From assembly GCA_937973905.1 (NCBI GenBank), contig CALJJR010000028.1:11675-75674 (forward strand): a stretch of DNA of 64,000 nt, read 5' to 3'. The translations under genes were made by a program, and so were the position numbers. The notes beneath the pieces were generated by a model, which saw only the letters and a program-made list of their open reading frames with translations, ran no database searches and was not told the DNA's origin. The first letter of the stretch is position 1, and every line of letters starts with the position of its first letter. This DNA comes from an uncultured Arenicella sp. (GTDB lineage Bacteria; Pseudomonadota; Gammaproteobacteria; Arenicellales; Arenicellaceae). Shown piece after piece: positions 20,285 through 31,769 of the stretch.

Positions 20285-21178
20285 TCAAGGAGCGGGGTTG
20301 ATCGCCAATCTTCGCTTGCGCTGATTGAAAAATTGATCAAGGGAGTAGATGGCTAACGCCATCCAGATCAAACCAAATGCGATCTGCCGGTCAGTGCCAA
20401 ATGGTTCTTGAAAAACCATCACGCCAATTAGCAACTGCAATGAAGGCCCAAGATATTGAGTCATACCCAATGCCGTCATACTTATTCTTTGCGCGGCCAT
20501 CGCGAACAGAACTAATGGAGTCAGAGTTACTAGCCCACCCAAGGCCAGCATGGCATCGGTACGTAGTTCAATTCCCGACGAACCCAAGCCAGACATATGC
20601 AGATAAATCAGGTATCCAATTGCCGGCAGGATTAGCAGCCCGGTTTCGATTGCCATGCCATGAGTAGCCGATGTTGAGATGGTTTTCTTGACCGCCCCGT
20701 AACAAGAAAAAGTGAGAGCGAGTGAGAGCGCCACATACGGCACTTGATCATGCACAAAAATCAGATAAGCAACACCAAGCGCCGCGAGCAATACAGCCAT
20801 CAGCTGCCTAGGCCGCAAAGTTTCGCCAAAAAAGCACACGCCAAACAACACATTTAAAAGAGGGTTGATGTAATAACCCATCGAGCCCTCAACAATTTGC
20901 CCATTGTTAACCGCCCAAATATAGATAGCCCAATTTATGGAAATTAGAATGGACGCGGCGAGCAATCTCAATAACACATCTGGTTTTTGCAGCAAGCCCA
21001 TCATCTGTCGCCATTCGCGCATAAGCACGATGAACAGCAGCACCATCAGACACGACCACACCATGCGATGCGCGACAATCTCAGTGCTCGGAACATGTTC
21101 CAACTCACGCCAAAATAATGGCACGATGCCCCAGATTAAATAGGCCAAAAGTGCGTAAAAGAATCCAGCGTTGTTCAT
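20285..21178 (-). CDS. rarD: EamA-family transporter RarD
   Basis: YLIWG--PLFW, EIVAHR, NW, SMGYYINPL, QYLGPSLQ. Confidence 0.92.
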   Translation of the reverse strand: MNNAGFFYALLAYLIWGIVPLFWRELEHVPSTEIVAHRMVWSCLMVLLFIVLMREWRQMMGLLQKPDVLLRLLAASILISINWAIYIWAVNNGQIVEGSMGYYINPLLNVLFGVCFFGETLRPRQLMAVLLAALGVAYLIFVHDQVPYVALSLALTFSCYGAVKKTISTSATHGMAIETGLLILPAIGYLIYLHMSGLGSSGIELRTDAMLALGGLVTLTPLVLFAMAAQRISMTALGMTQYLGPSLQLLIGVMVFQEPFGTDRQIAFGLIWMALAIYSLDQFFNQRKRRLAINPAP

Positions 21179-21237
21179 TGGCGCAGCCTAGCATGTGATA
21201 ATCTTGCCAGCATTCGATTTCCACTCTAATAAAGACA

Positions 21238-22512
21238 ATGACTAGATTACTGCTCCTGATCACTGCACTGCTTGTAACACCACTAGCAAACGCCGAAGAG
21301 ACCGATTTACTGTGCGGCCAACTGCTTGATGTCAACGCAAAAGAATTACTTGGGCCGACCACGGTCAGAATTAGCGATGGCATAGTAACCGCCGTTGGCG
21401 ATGTGGCCACACCTGCGGCTAAGGTAATTGATCTCAGTCAAAAGACCTGTCTCCCAGGGTTAATCGATATGCATGTACATTTAACCTCGCAAAGTAGCCC
21501 GCGCAGTTATATCGAGCAATTCACGCTAAACAAAGCAGACTACTCATTTCGCGCAGCGCACTACGCGAAGAAAACCCTAAATGCGGGATTTACTACAGTC
21601 CGCAATCCCGGTGACGATGGCACGGTGACTAAATCGCTGCGCGATGCGATTAACCAAGGGATTGCCGATGGTCCAAGAATTTTTACCGCAGGTAAATCTT
21701 TGGCTACCACGGGTGGGCACGCTGACCCCAGCAATGCCTATCGAGAAGACTTAATGGGTGACCCACATGCTAAAGAAGGTGTGGTTAATGGGCCGACCGA
21801 GGCTATGAAAGCGGTTAGACAACGTTATAAGGAAGGCGCCGACTTTATTAAAATAACCGCGACGGGCGGTGTTTTGAGTACTGCAAAGAGTGGGCAAAAC
21901 CCGCAATTCAGCGACGACGAACTGATTGCTTTAGTTGCCACCGCAAAAGACTACGGATTCAAAGTAGCGGCGCATGCGCACGGTGCAGAGGGCATGAAGC
22001 GCGCGATCATTGCGGGTGTTGATAGCATCGAACATGGCACCCTCATGGATGATGAAGGTCGAGGCCTAATGAAAAAGTATGGCACCTATCTCGTGCCTAC
22101 TATCCTAGCCGGTGAATTTGTAGCAAAGAAAGCTGAAATCGATGGCTACTTTCCTGAAATTGTACGACCTAAAGCCCGCGCCATTGGGCCGCAACTAAAA
22201 GAGAATTTTCGTAAAGCCTACGAGACCGGCGTAAAAATCGCTTTTGGCACAGACAGCGGTGTGTCAGCACATGGCGATAATGCGCAAGAATTTAAATTGA
22301 TGGTCGATGCTGGAATGTCCTCAATGGACGCCATCCTTTCCGCCACCGTTGCGGCCGCTGATCTGCTCGGCGAGTCAGATACACTGGGCGGCATAGCTGC
22401 TGGCAAACATGCGGATATCATCGCCGTGAGCGGTAACCCCTTAGAAGACGTCACGTTGCTAGAGAACGTCGATTTTGTAATGAAAGGGGGCGTTGTCTAT
22501 AAAGACGAATAA
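21238..22512 (+). CDS. Exported metal-dependent amidohydrolase (Xaa-Pro dipeptidase-like)
   Basis: Signal peptide, PGLIDMHVH, TGGHAD, carbamylated Lys in FIKI, AHAHG, SIEHG, FGTD. Confidence 0.88.
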   Translation: MTRLLLLITALLVTPLANAEETDLLCGQLLDVNAKELLGPTTVRISDGIVTAVGDVATPAAKVIDLSQKTCLPGLIDMHVHLTSQSSPRSYIEQFTLNKADYSFRAAHYAKKTLNAGFTTVRNPGDDGTVTKSLRDAINQGIADGPRIFTAGKSLATTGGHADPSNAYREDLMGDPHAKEGVVNGPTEAMKAVRQRYKEGADFIKITATGGVLSTAKSGQNPQFSDDELIALVATAKDYGFKVAAHAHGAEGMKRAIIAGVDSIEHGTLMDDEGRGLMKKYGTYLVPTILAGEFVAKKAEIDGYFPEIVRPKARAIGPQLKENFRKAYETGVKIAFGTDSGVSAHGDNAQEFKLMVDAGMSSMDAILSATVAAADLLGESDTLGGIAAGKHADIIAVSGNPLEDVTLLENVDFVMKGGVVYKDE

Positions 22513-22562
22513 GCCGTTCACTCGTTATATAACTCGTAACGGATTACTGGGGTTGAGAATGT

Positions 22563-23597
22563 TCAGCCCCAGTCTAAAACCACCTTACCCGATTGCCCTG
22601 AAGACATAATTTCGAAACCCCGTTGAAACTCATCGACCGACAAGCTGTGAGTCAACATTGGAGATAAATCTAAGCCAGATTGGATAAGGCTGGCCATTTT
22701 GTACCAAGTCTCAAACATTTCTCGGCCGTAAACGCCCTTTAACTCAAGGCCTTTAAAAATGACCTTGGTCCAGTCGATCGCCATATCAGACGGAGGGATA
22801 CCAAGCATAGCTATCTTGCCTCCATGGTTGATTCGATCGAGCATGGTATTGAACGCCGAAGGCACGCCCGACATTTCCATACCGACATCAAAGCCCTCGG
22901 TCATACCGAGTTCATCCATAACATCTTTAAGCTCTTGTTCGGCCACATTAACCGCACGCGTGGCGCCCATTTTCTCAGCCAGCTCTAACCGATAGGGATT
23001 AACATCGGTGATCACGACAAAGCGCGCACCGACGTGTTTCGCTACCGCAGCGGCCATAATCCCAATGGGGCCGGCACCGGTAATTAAAACATCCTCGCCA
23101 GTCAGGTTAAACGACAACGCGGTATGCACCGCATTGCCAAAGGGATCAAAGATCGCAGCAAGATCGTCACTGATATTGTCAGGAATTTTAAAGGCATTAA
23201 ATGCTGGGATTGCCAAGTACTCGGCGAACGCGCCTTGCCTATCTACACCCACACCAACTGTATTGCGACACAGATGTCGACGCCCGGCACGACAATTGCG
23301 GCAATGCCCGCAAGTAATGTGGCCCTCACCTGAGACTCGATCGCCGATCGAGAACCCGCGTACTTCTTGCCCCATATCAACCACTTCACCCACGTACTCA
23401 TGGCCAACGATCATGGGTACGGGAATCGTATTTTGTGACCATTCGTCCCATTGATAGATATGAATATCAGTGCCGCAAATGGCGGTTTTACGAATTTTAA
23501 TAAGAAGATCATTGGGACCAGCAGCAGGAATCTCCGCATCCGTCATCCAAATGCCAGCTTCTCGCTTCAGTTTCGCCAGGGCGCGCATCTTACTCAC
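22563..23597 (-). CDS. tdh: L-threonine 3-dehydrogenase
   Basis: [44 protein letters not shown]. Confidence 0.97.
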   Translation of the reverse strand: MSKMRALAKLKREAGIWMTDAEIPAAGPNDLLIKIRKTAICGTDIHIYQWDEWSQNTIPVPMIVGHEYVGEVVDMGQEVRGFSIGDRVSGEGHITCGHCRNCRAGRRHLCRNTVGVGVDRQGAFAEYLAIPAFNAFKIPDNISDDLAAIFDPFGNAVHTALSFNLTGEDVLITGAGPIGIMAAAVAKHVGARFVVITDVNPYRLELAEKMGATRAVNVAEQELKDVMDELGMTEGFDVGMEMSGVPSAFNTMLDRINHGGKIAMLGIPPSDMAIDWTKVIFKGLELKGVYGREMFETWYKMASLIQSGLDLSPMLTHSLSVDEFQRGFEIMSSGQSGKVVLDWG

Positions 23598-24790
23598 GAT
23601 ATCACTCCCATTTCTTGCCCAACCTGAATAAAGGCATCGATGACAAAATCAACTTGATCAAGACTATGCGCTGCCGACATCTGGGTGCGAATACGCGCTT
23701 TTCCCTGAGGTACGACTGGGTACGAAAAGCCAACCACGTAGACACCGCGTTCAAGCATCTTAGCCGCCATCTCACCGGCCAATTTGGCATCACCCAACAT
23801 CACCGGAATAATCGCATGATCAGCGCCTGCCAAAGTAAAGCCGGCTGCTGACATACGTTTGCGAAAATGCCGGCTGTTCTGCTCCAGCTTGTTTCTGAGA
23901 TCATCGCCCTCCGCCAACAGATCGATCACACGAATCGAAGCTGACACAATAGCTGGCGCTAAAGAGTTTGAAAAAAGATACGGACGCGAGCGTTGCCGTA
24001 ACCAAGCCACGACCTCTTTGCTGGCAGCGGTGTAGCCTCCTGAAGCACCGCCCATGGCCTTTCCAAGTGTGCCCGTCATAATATCTACCCGACCCATTAC
24101 GTCGCAGTACTCGTGCGAGCCTCGACCATGCGCTCCGACAAAGCCCACGGCGTGCGAGTCATCCACCATAACCATCGCATCATATCGATCAGCCAAATCG
24201 CAAATAGCACTTAGATTGGCAATTACGCCATCCATCGAGAACACTCCGTCGGTAGCGATTAGCTTAAATCGAGCCCCAGCATCCTTCGCTTCTTGCAGCC
24301 GCAGCTCTAGTTCTTGCATGTCATTGTTGGCATAGCGAAAGCGTTTTGCTTTACACAAACGAACTCCATCAATAATGCTGGCGTGATTTAAGGCATCAGA
24401 AATTATCGCGTCTTCGGCACTCAATAGAGTTTCAAATAAGCCCGCATTAGCATCGAAGCAGGAAGAATAAAGAATGGTGTCTTCAAAGCCGAGAAACTCG
24501 CTTAGCTTATGCTCGAGAGTTTTGTGAATATCCTGGGTACCACAAATAAACCTCACCGACGCCATACCAAAACCATGACCATCTAAGCCACTTTTAGCGG
24601 CGTCGATTAAGGACGGATGATTGGCTAAGCCTAGATAGTTGTTGGCGCAAAAATTAAATACTGACTCGCCGCTATCTACCTCAACTTGCCCCTGCTGGGC
24701 TGAAGTGATAACTCGCTCTGCTTTAAACAAACCAGCTTCTTCAACGGCATGAAGCTCGTGTTGCAAATGATGTTTGAATTGCTCAGTCAT
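23594..24790 (-). CDS. kbl: 2-amino-3-ketobutyrate CoA ligase (glycine C-acetyltransferase)
   Basis: [30 protein letters not shown] Lys in [14 protein letters not shown]. Confidence 0.97.
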   Translation of the reverse strand: MTEQFKHHLQHELHAVEEAGLFKAERVITSAQQGQVEVDSGESVFNFCANNYLGLANHPSLIDAAKSGLDGHGFGMASVRFICGTQDIHKTLEHKLSEFLGFEDTILYSSCFDANAGLFETLLSAEDAIISDALNHASIIDGVRLCKAKRFRYANNDMQELELRLQEAKDAGARFKLIATDGVFSMDGVIANLSAICDLADRYDAMVMVDDSHAVGFVGAHGRGSHEYCDVMGRVDIMTGTLGKAMGGASGGYTAASKEVVAWLRQRSRPYLFSNSLAPAIVSASIRVIDLLAEGDDLRNKLEQNSRHFRKRMSAAGFTLAGADHAIIPVMLGDAKLAGEMAAKMLERGVYVVGFSYPVVPQGKARIRTQMSAAHSLDQVDFVIDAFIQVGQEMGVIS

Positions 24791-24811
24791 TTAGATCAGT
24801 TCTCAACTAAA

Positions 24812-26563
24812 TTAGTGCACTGCCTCAGAGTAGGCCGTTTGTGTTTCAAGGTAAATAGTCTTCGCCATTTCACGCGCTGCATCCAAAGACATAAATTGTG
24901 CGGAGAAATCAGCGATCACTGGGTCGATCGCTAGTTTTGCCGCATTCACGAGATGCGAAATTAAGTCCATCGGGTTTTCGATGCCCGTAGCAATACGAAT
25001 CGTGGTTGGGAAAATTTGCGCTTCAGCTTGCTGTTCTGTATTTAATTCTGAATGCGTGGTCAAACCAGGGCAGCTGATAATAGTATTGGTTTGCCCTAAA
25101 CTTATTTGATGTGAGAAGGCAGGTTCCAAACTATCGAAAAAGCGCTGGAAGGCATCACTTGGTATTTCTCGACCCATATCCACGGTAAATAAGCCTGCTG
25201 GCATGCCAAGAAACAAGGACGCTTGCGCAAGTTGATAGTTGGCATTGCCGGGCAAACCATTGCAATTAACTTTGATCAGCGGATGCGAATCTAGAAAGCT
25301 CGCCAACACTCGCGTGTTGATGCATTTTTTTAGCATTCTCACTTCCAGCGTTTTCATACCCTGCATGACCTCAAACGCGGTATCGGCGTTCAGAAATGCG
25401 CCCTTAACGTAGTAGACATTCCAAAACATCGTGTTCTCCCAATTTGCCATTCCTTTGGGGATAAACATATCTTCATTGCGCGCGATCACACAACCAGCAA
25501 TGCAAGTGCCTGACCCAGTGAGATCTTTGGTATAGCTGTGGATCACAAAATCTGGCCGCTCCTGATCGTCTTGTCGTTGCAAAGGCTGGATTAAGAACGG
25601 CGTACCAACCGTCGCATCTAAAATCACTCTAACCCCTTCAGCATGCGCGAGCTTACATAAGGCCGGCACGTCCAAAACGTAGCCATGCGGATTGCAGGGC
25701 GATTCAATATATAAATAAATGTGCTTGCCGGCGGCGAGCCGATCCGCGTACTGTCTCTTGACAGTATTAAGAGCATCGACAAAAGCGCTGGTTTGTTCAC
25801 CTGAAAATTGGTGGACTGCAACGTTCAAGTTTGATGGTTTGGCAAACCAGTCATGAATGAGTTGATGCGCGCCCCCATAAATGTTCTGACTCGCTATCAA
25901 GATATCTTCATGCCCCAATAAATGTGACAGCGTGGCATCAATCGCGGCCATGCCACTGTTGTAGTTCCAAGCAAGATACTCGCCCGCATATGGGCCTGCC
26001 TCTAAATCGACGATGTGATTTGCTAGCGAAATCGATGTTGGATTCAGTAAGCGAGAGTAGATGTCTAACATCATCTCTTTGCCTTCAAAGGCGTCACTAA
26101 TCCATTCTGCGCAGGCGTAAATATAGGTCGCCGTTCGAGTGATCACTGGCGTCGCAGAAAAGATGGCGTTTACATTGTCAAATACCGGATACGCTGATTT
26201 TGCGCTCAGACTGGCCGGGCTCATTCCCAAGCCTTGATAATTTGCGCGAGTTGGGTTTTGCAAGGTGTCCAACACCTTCGCCAGTTGAAATGATAAAAAT
26301 TTCTTGGCGTTAAACAACGCCGCTTTTTCGGTAGCATTGAGCGAGGCCATACTCCGTTGCGCCTCTTGCCACATGAGTTCGACGTTGCCGTGACATTCGT
26401 AAACACGCTCTACTGCCGCCAACAGCGCTCGCCCAAGTTCGCCATCTACCTCAATATTAAAATGCGACAGCTGTTCGGCCGCCAGTTCCTTAATATCCTG
26501 AGCCTGACTGGAGTTGCGTCGTGGAGACAGCTTTTTAGCTGCGGTGAAAAGAGGATCCGTCAT
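24812..26563 (-). CDS. Cys/Met metabolism PLP-dependent lyase/transferase, long form
   Basis: YSRLLNPT, SGMAAI, IYGG, ESPCNP, DAT, PLP Lys in HSYTKD, ISLG, THSE, IRIATGIE. Carries an extra N-terminal region of roughly 120 aa. Confidence 0.82.
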   Translation of the reverse strand: MTDPLFTAAKKLSPRRNSSQAQDIKELAAEQLSHFNIEVDGELGRALLAAVERVYECHGNVELMWQEAQRSMASLNATEKAALFNAKKFLSFQLAKVLDTLQNPTRANYQGLGMSPASLSAKSAYPVFDNVNAIFSATPVITRTATYIYACAEWISDAFEGKEMMLDIYSRLLNPTSISLANHIVDLEAGPYAGEYLAWNYNSGMAAIDATLSHLLGHEDILIASQNIYGGAHQLIHDWFAKPSNLNVAVHQFSGEQTSAFVDALNTVKRQYADRLAAGKHIYLYIESPCNPHGYVLDVPALCKLAHAEGVRVILDATVGTPFLIQPLQRQDDQERPDFVIHSYTKDLTGSGTCIAGCVIARNEDMFIPKGMANWENTMFWNVYYVKGAFLNADTAFEVMQGMKTLEVRMLKKCINTRVLASFLDSHPLIKVNCNGLPGNANYQLAQASLFLGMPAGLFTVDMGREIPSDAFQRFFDSLEPAFSHQISLGQTNTIISCPGLTTHSELNTEQQAEAQIFPTTIRIATGIENPMDLISHLVNAAKLAIDPVIADFSAQFMSLDAAREMAKTIYLETQTAYSEAVH

Positions 26564-26700
26564 AGCGTCATCAATCGAAGTTAGCTTTTAATCAAGACTA
26601 AATCATAACGCGTGTTTGATGATTTCTGGTTTTTCAAGACAGATTCGCAATAATCGCCAAAATCAGTGCATCGAGACCAAATCCTCTGCTAATTTAGAGC

Positions 26701-28440
26701 CTAAAACACAATTTCAATCGTACCTTCTCTACGTGGGTCAACGCCACCTTCCAAACTGCCATCTTCATTCTTGATCACTACGCTGAGACCAGAGTTCTCA
26801 CCCGCAGATTCCTTCACTTCAAACCCATAGTCGCGTAAGCCTTCTATGAGGTTGGTACTGGCACGATCTTTTTCAATACGAACCGTATCTCCGCGGCCCA
26901 CTAAGTTGGGTAGATCCACTGCCTGTTGAGGAGTCAGACCCCATTCCATAACCCCAACCAAGGTTTTCGCGGTATAGGCGATAATCGAATTACCGCCCGG
27001 CGAACCGGTGGCCATTTTGAATTCACCTTCGGCATCAAGCAAAATAGTTGGCGACATAGAGGATCGCGGGCGTTTACCACTAGCGACCGCGTTAGCGATC
27101 GCTGCGCCTTGCTCGTCCACAGGTAAAAAGGAAAAGTCGGTGAGTTGGTTATTTAAGAACATGCCGCCGACCATACGTGCGGACCCGAAAATACTCTCTA
27201 CGCTGGCCGTCATCGAAACCACGTCACCCTGCTGATCAACCACCACAAAGTGAGTTGTGCCAGCGACATCATTGGTGGCATCCACACCGGCTGCTTCGGG
27301 TATCGCATTAGTAAACGACCAAGGGTCACCATGTTTGACACTCGACTCAGCCTTAGAAGTCGAAATTTGGCTTGCCCGCAATGCCAAGTAATCTGGATGC
27401 AGCAATCCCCCGACCGGCACCATTACCTGCTCTGCGTCGGCCACATAGCGGTCTCTATCAGAGTACGCCAGCCGCTGCGCTTCACCAAACAATGCCCAGT
27501 TGTTTGGATCTTCTACACCCGCTGATGAAAAACCATCGAGTTTTTCTAAAATACCCATGGTCATCGCAACTGCCAGCCACGACGATGGCGGTGGTGGACC
27601 ACACAACTGCATATCTCGATAGGGCGCGCACAAAGCGTTTCGTTTCACGGCGCTAAATTTGGCCAGATCATCGAGTGTCATGCCACCCGCGCGAGGCGCG
27701 GTGTTAACCTCAGCCACAATCTCAGCGGCTAACTTTCCGGTGTAAAAATTACGCGGATCAGCCGCGATAAGTTCCAACGCCGCTGCGTATTCTGGGTTAC
27801 GTAGTAGATGCCCGATTGACAGTGGCTCGCCGTCTTCAGTATGGAAATACTCCCAGGCATCAGTTGGGCCGTCCTTAGTTTCTTTGGGGAGGTATTTGCC
27901 AAATCGTTGAATCATGCCGTGTAGACGCGGCGAGACTTGGAAACCTTCGCTTGCGTGTTGTTTCGCTGCACCAAATAAGTCTGCCCAGGGCAAGCGGCCA
28001 TGGTCTTGATGAGCGAGACTCAGCATGGATATCGCACCCGGCACCCCAGTTGATAAACCACTGTGTTTGGCATCGAGATAGCCCATCTTGCTGCCATCGC
28101 TGAGTAGAAAGCGATCGGCCTCAGCGCTTTGCGGCGCAGTTTCTCGGCCGTCGTACACACTCAAGCTATTCGTGTCATTGTCAAAATGCACTAGGAACCC
28201 GCCACCAGCTAAACCAGAACTTTGCGGTTCTACCAAACTTAGCACGGCCTCAATAGCGATCGCCGCGTCCACCGCGGAGCCGCCAGCAGCCAAGACGTCA
28301 GCGCCGGCTTTACTGGCCAGTGGATTCGCGGTGACTACCATCGCTTCGCCACTTTGCTGCTGTTTCGTAGGAGCGGTTGATACACGATCTGTTGAACAGG
28401 CTGTTAAAGCCACAGCCAAAAGCCAAAGTGCAATCTTCAA
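26701..28440 (-). CDS. ggt: Gamma-glutamyltransferase (lipoprotein)
   Basis: GGSAVDAA, EPQSSGLAGGGF, DGRETAP, autocleavage GTTH, NNQLTDF, RPRSSM, GSPGG. Start refined to TTG 28440 (RBS AAGGTG). Lipobox LTA-C. Confidence 0.92.
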   Translation of the reverse strand: MKIALWLLAVALTACSTDRVSTAPTKQQQSGEAMVVTANPLASKAGADVLAAGGSAVDAAIAIEAVLSLVEPQSSGLAGGGFLVHFDNDTNSLSVYDGRETAPQSAEADRFLLSDGSKMGYLDAKHSGLSTGVPGAISMLSLAHQDHGRLPWADLFGAAKQHASEGFQVSPRLHGMIQRFGKYLPKETKDGPTDAWEYFHTEDGEPLSIGHLLRNPEYAAALELIAADPRNFYTGKLAAEIVAEVNTAPRAGGMTLDDLAKFSAVKRNALCAPYRDMQLCGPPPPSSWLAVAMTMGILEKLDGFSSAGVEDPNNWALFGEAQRLAYSDRDRYVADAEQVMVPVGGLLHPDYLALRASQISTSKAESSVKHGDPWSFTNAIPEAAGVDATNDVAGTTHFVVVDQQGDVVSMTASVESIFGSARMVGGMFLNNQLTDFSFLPVDEQGAAIANAVASGKRPRSSMSPTILLDAEGEFKMATGSPGGNSIIAYTAKTLVGVMEWGLTPQQAVDLPNLVGRGDTVRIEKDRASTNLIEGLRDYGFEVKESAGENSGLSVVIKNEDGSLEGGVDPRREGTIEIVF

Positions 28441-28535
28441 AACAAACACCTTTAAGATACGAGAGTAAATCAGAGACCCGATCATACTCGATTCGATCTC
28501 ATCAGCAAGCCAACACACAGGACGGCTATACTTGA

Positions 28536-29894
28536 GTGGCTCAGCTCTGCACAATGTACCTAATGGATAATCCAAACGACAAACGGCAAAAAGCCATCCC
28601 CAAGACTCGCCTCGGCCGCCTCTCCAGGGTAGCGAGAATTGCCGGTGGAGTTGCTGGCGGCATGCTGGCTGAAGGCGCACGGCAGCTCGCTGACGGCAAC
28701 CGACCAAAAATGAGCGACATGATTCTGACCCCCGGGAATGCTGGAAGAGTCGCTAAACAGTTGTCCGCCATGCGTGGTGCAGCGATGAAGGTCGGGCAAC
28801 TGTTGTCAATGGAGACCGATGGCCTACTACCGGAGGAGTTGAGCAATATTCTCGCGCAGTTACGTGACAACGCCTACTCAATGCCGAGCGACCAACTCGA
28901 GCAAATGCTGCTGGCTACTTATGGGGAAAACTGGCGAGATTCCTTCAATAATTTTGACCCTAATCCAATCGCCGCGGCCTCTATTGGGCAAGTGCACCGG
29001 GCGACAACACTGGATGCAGAAGACATCGTACTGAAAATACAATATCCCGGGGTAAGCGAGAGTATTGACAGCGATGTCGACAATATTGCTTGGTTGTTGA
29101 AGATCTCCAACCTGCTACCCAAACACATGGATATCACGGCGCTACTCGCAGACGCCAAACAACAACTTCGAGAAGAAGCCGACTACTTAGCCGAAGGCGT
29201 GCACCTCGCGACGTTTTATCAGACGTTAATCGACGACGAACGTTATGTTGTACCTTGGTACTACGATGACTTGAGTAGCGAAACAATTCTCGCCATGGAA
29301 TATGTTGAGGGCGATCCGATCGAGGCGCAAGTAAATCTCGCACAGCAACAGCGTGACGAACTTATGTGCAATCTGTTTGAATTGGTTTTTCGTGAGCTAT
29401 TCGAGCTGCGCCTAATGCAAACAGACCCGAATTTCGCCAATTATCGATACCAAACTGACAGCGGTCAGTTGGTACTCTTGGACTTTGGTGCCACGCGCAG
29501 TTTTAAGGCTGAATTTGTAGTCGACTACAAACGCCTAATCCGTGCCGTAATTGCTCATGACGATGATGCCGTTGTGGATGCCGCTGATCGTCTCGGCTAC
29601 GCAGCAAGCGATGCCAGCGAACAATATCGCCGCTTCCTCGTTGATATCTTTTATATCGCCTTAGAGCCTTTCGCTTTTGACGGTGAGTTCGACTTTGCCT
29701 CTTCGCAGCTCTCTGAGCGCCTCTCAGAACTGTCCGATGAGGCTTACGGTTTCAAAGAATTTTGGCAGACCCCGCCTACTGATATCCTCTACCTGCATCG
29801 CAAACTTGGCGGCACATTCTTGCTCGCCACCAAGATGCGGGCGAAAGTGAACTGTCATCAGCTAGTCTCGCCTTGGATTACACGCTTGCGATAA
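28536..29894 (+). CDS. AarF/ABC1/UbiB (COQ8-like) atypical kinase
   Basis: KVGQ motif, AAASIGQVH, KIQYPG, QTDPNFANY, LLDFG. Start may be 28554 or 28563. Confidence 0.9.
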   Translation: MAQLCTMYLMDNPNDKRQKAIPKTRLGRLSRVARIAGGVAGGMLAEGARQLADGNRPKMSDMILTPGNAGRVAKQLSAMRGAAMKVGQLLSMETDGLLPEELSNILAQLRDNAYSMPSDQLEQMLLATYGENWRDSFNNFDPNPIAAASIGQVHRATTLDAEDIVLKIQYPGVSESIDSDVDNIAWLLKISNLLPKHMDITALLADAKQQLREEADYLAEGVHLATFYQTLIDDERYVVPWYYDDLSSETILAMEYVEGDPIEAQVNLAQQQRDELMCNLFELVFRELFELRLMQTDPNFANYRYQTDSGQLVLLDFGATRSFKAEFVVDYKRLIRAVIAHDDDAVVDAADRLGYAASDASEQYRRFLVDIFYIALEPFAFDGEFDFASSQLSERLSELSDEAYGFKEFWQTPPTDILYLHRKLGGTFLLATKMRAKVNCHQLVSPWITRLR

Positions 29895-29918
29895 GGCTAG
29901 CATATGGCTGGGTTTAGC

Positions 29919-31769
29919 TTACTCGTCTAGCAGCGCCTCAATTCGATCCATGATGTTTTCCATTCGACGAATAATCGCTTGATAAGCATCTGGAGCTGCC
30001 ATATCGAGACCAGCTTTGCTCAAAATGTTGTAGGCATAATCGGAACCACCCGCTTTGAGCACCTGTAAAAAATCATCGCGAACCTTGTCGTCACCAGCGA
30101 GAAATTTTTCCGCAAACCATGCAGCCCCTGAAATGGAAGTGGCATACTGGAATACATACATGTCGTAATAAAAATGCGGGATGTACGCCCATTCCATATT
30201 GTAAGGTTCGTCAATTTTCATAACGCCCTGTTCATGACCGTGGTACTTCTTGAGCAGCTCGTCGTACATCTGCGAAAAAATTGCGCCCGTCAGCGGTTTG
30301 CCGGCCTCGGCGGCTTCGTGAATCGCCAGTTCGAATTCCGCAAACATGGTTTGTCGAAAAAATGTGCCACGAATCGACTCTAGGGCCTGCCCAAGGTAAA
30401 AAAGCCTCTCTTCTTTACTTTGCGCATTAGCAATCAAGTGCTCTTCCAACAGAATTTCATTGATCGTCGAGGCCATCTCAGCCGTGAATGTCGAGTAAAA
30501 GGCTTTGGTAAACGGCTGTTCTCGCTTTGCGAGCATGGTATGAACTGCGTGACCCCACTCATGCAAGTGCGTTGATAAGGAGTTGTAATCATCATTGTGA
30601 TTTAACAACACATAAGGGTGTACGTCATAGGCGCCGGGGTTCATGTAGGCGCCAGAGCGCTTGCCCTCCTGCGGATACACATGTGCCCAATTCGAGCTAA
30701 GAGCCGTAGCGAGATGTTTGTTGTATTCCTCTCCCAACGGCTGCAAAACTTCTAAGGCGATTTTGTTAGAAGCCTCGAAACTGAAATCCGTGTCCATTTC
30801 GACCAGAGGTGGATAGATATCGTAATAACGCAGATCATCCAACTCGAGAATACGGCCACGCAGCTTGAAATAGCGATGCAGGGTCGGGAGGTTCGCGTTT
30901 ACCTGTTTGACTAACTCGCGGTAAACGTCTTCTGGTAAATTTTCCTGCGCTAGCTGCCACTCTAATACCGATTCATAGTTGCGCGCTTTGGCCTGAAAAA
31001 TATTAGCCTGAACCTCGGTATTCAAGGTTGCGCCAAGACTGTCCTCAAAGTCTTTCCACTTGCCGAAAAAAGCATCAAATACTTTTTTACGATCGTCACG
31101 ATTTGGGTTGCTGCGCGCGGCAGTGTAGGCGGCTTGCGTCACGGTGACTTTGGAGCCGTCAGTAAGCTCTATCTCTGGCCAGGGAATATCCGCGTTGGCA
31201 ATCATCTGATAGATTTCAGTGGGGCTATTAGTGATGGCACTCGCAGAAGCCAAAATTTCTTCCCCTTTTTCATCGAGATAGTGGGGTGCTAATCGCAAGG
31301 TATCGCGAATATTTTGATCGTACGGTGCCAGACGAGTCTCAGCTTTCATGTACGCCTCTAACTTCTCTTCGCCCAAGGCAATCAAACTCGGGTCTATCCA
31401 CGATGAAATTTCGCTGAACTTAGTACCAAGAGCCCGCATCTTTGCCGACCTCTCCTGACTGGCGGCCACACGTTGGTCCTCGTCACGCGTTAAATTCGAG
31501 TAAACACCAAGGCGCCAAAAGTCTTTAACTGCGGCGTAAAACTGATCAAGATTGTCGGCGAGTCTTTCTGGCGTCGCGGTGAAGCCCTGTTTTAGGCCAG
31601 CAATTTCGTCAACGCGCTTTTCGATGTCAATATAAGCTTGCTCCCACGCTGCATCACTTGCATAAAGGTCGCTTAGGTCCCAGCGAATCTGTGGCTGGTC
31701 TTCAGCCTGCGATGTCGAAGTCAAAATTAAGCAAACCAGCGTGAGCGCAATAGTCAGTGATCTAGGCAT
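29919..31769 (-). CDS. pepF: Oligoendopeptidase F (M3B) with signal peptide
   Basis: WDLSDLY, KRSGAY, HPYVLLN, HEWGH, AEMAST, FFRQTMFAEFE, IPHFY. N-terminal Sec signal ending SQA. Confidence 0.92.
   Translation of the reverse strand: MPRSLTIALTLVCLILTSTSQAEDQPQIRWDLSDLYASDAAWEQAYIDIEKRVDEIAGLKQGFTATPERLADNLDQFYAAVKDFWRLGVYSNLTRDEDQRVAASQERSAKMRALGTKFSEISSWIDPSLIALGEEKLEAYMKAETRLAPYDQNIRDTLRLAPHYLDEKGEEILASASAITNSPTEIYQMIANADIPWPEIELTDGSKVTVTQAAYTAARSNPNRDDRKKVFDAFFGKWKDFEDSLGATLNTEVQANIFQAKARNYESVLEWQLAQENLPEDVYRELVKQVNANLPTLHRYFKLRGRILELDDLRYYDIYPPLVEMDTDFSFEASNKIALEVLQPLGEEYNKHLATALSSNWAHVYPQEGKRSGAYMNPGAYDVHPYVLLNHNDDYNSLSTHLHEWGHAVHTMLAKREQPFTKAFYSTFTAEMASTINEILLEEHLIANAQSKEERLFYLGQALESIRGTFFRQTMFAEFELAIHEAAEAGKPLTGAIFSQMYDELLKKYHGHEQGVMKIDEPYNMEWAYIPHFYYDMYVFQYATSISGAAWFAEKFLAGDDKVRDDFLQVLKAGGSDYAYNILSKAGLDMAAPDAYQAIIRRMENIMDRIEALLDE

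Noticed and set aside
28441-28707. Long N-terminal extension of ggt in the ORF track
   Set aside because: Overlaps the divergent UbiB-like gene. An RBS, TTG start and lipobox at 28440 explain the real start.
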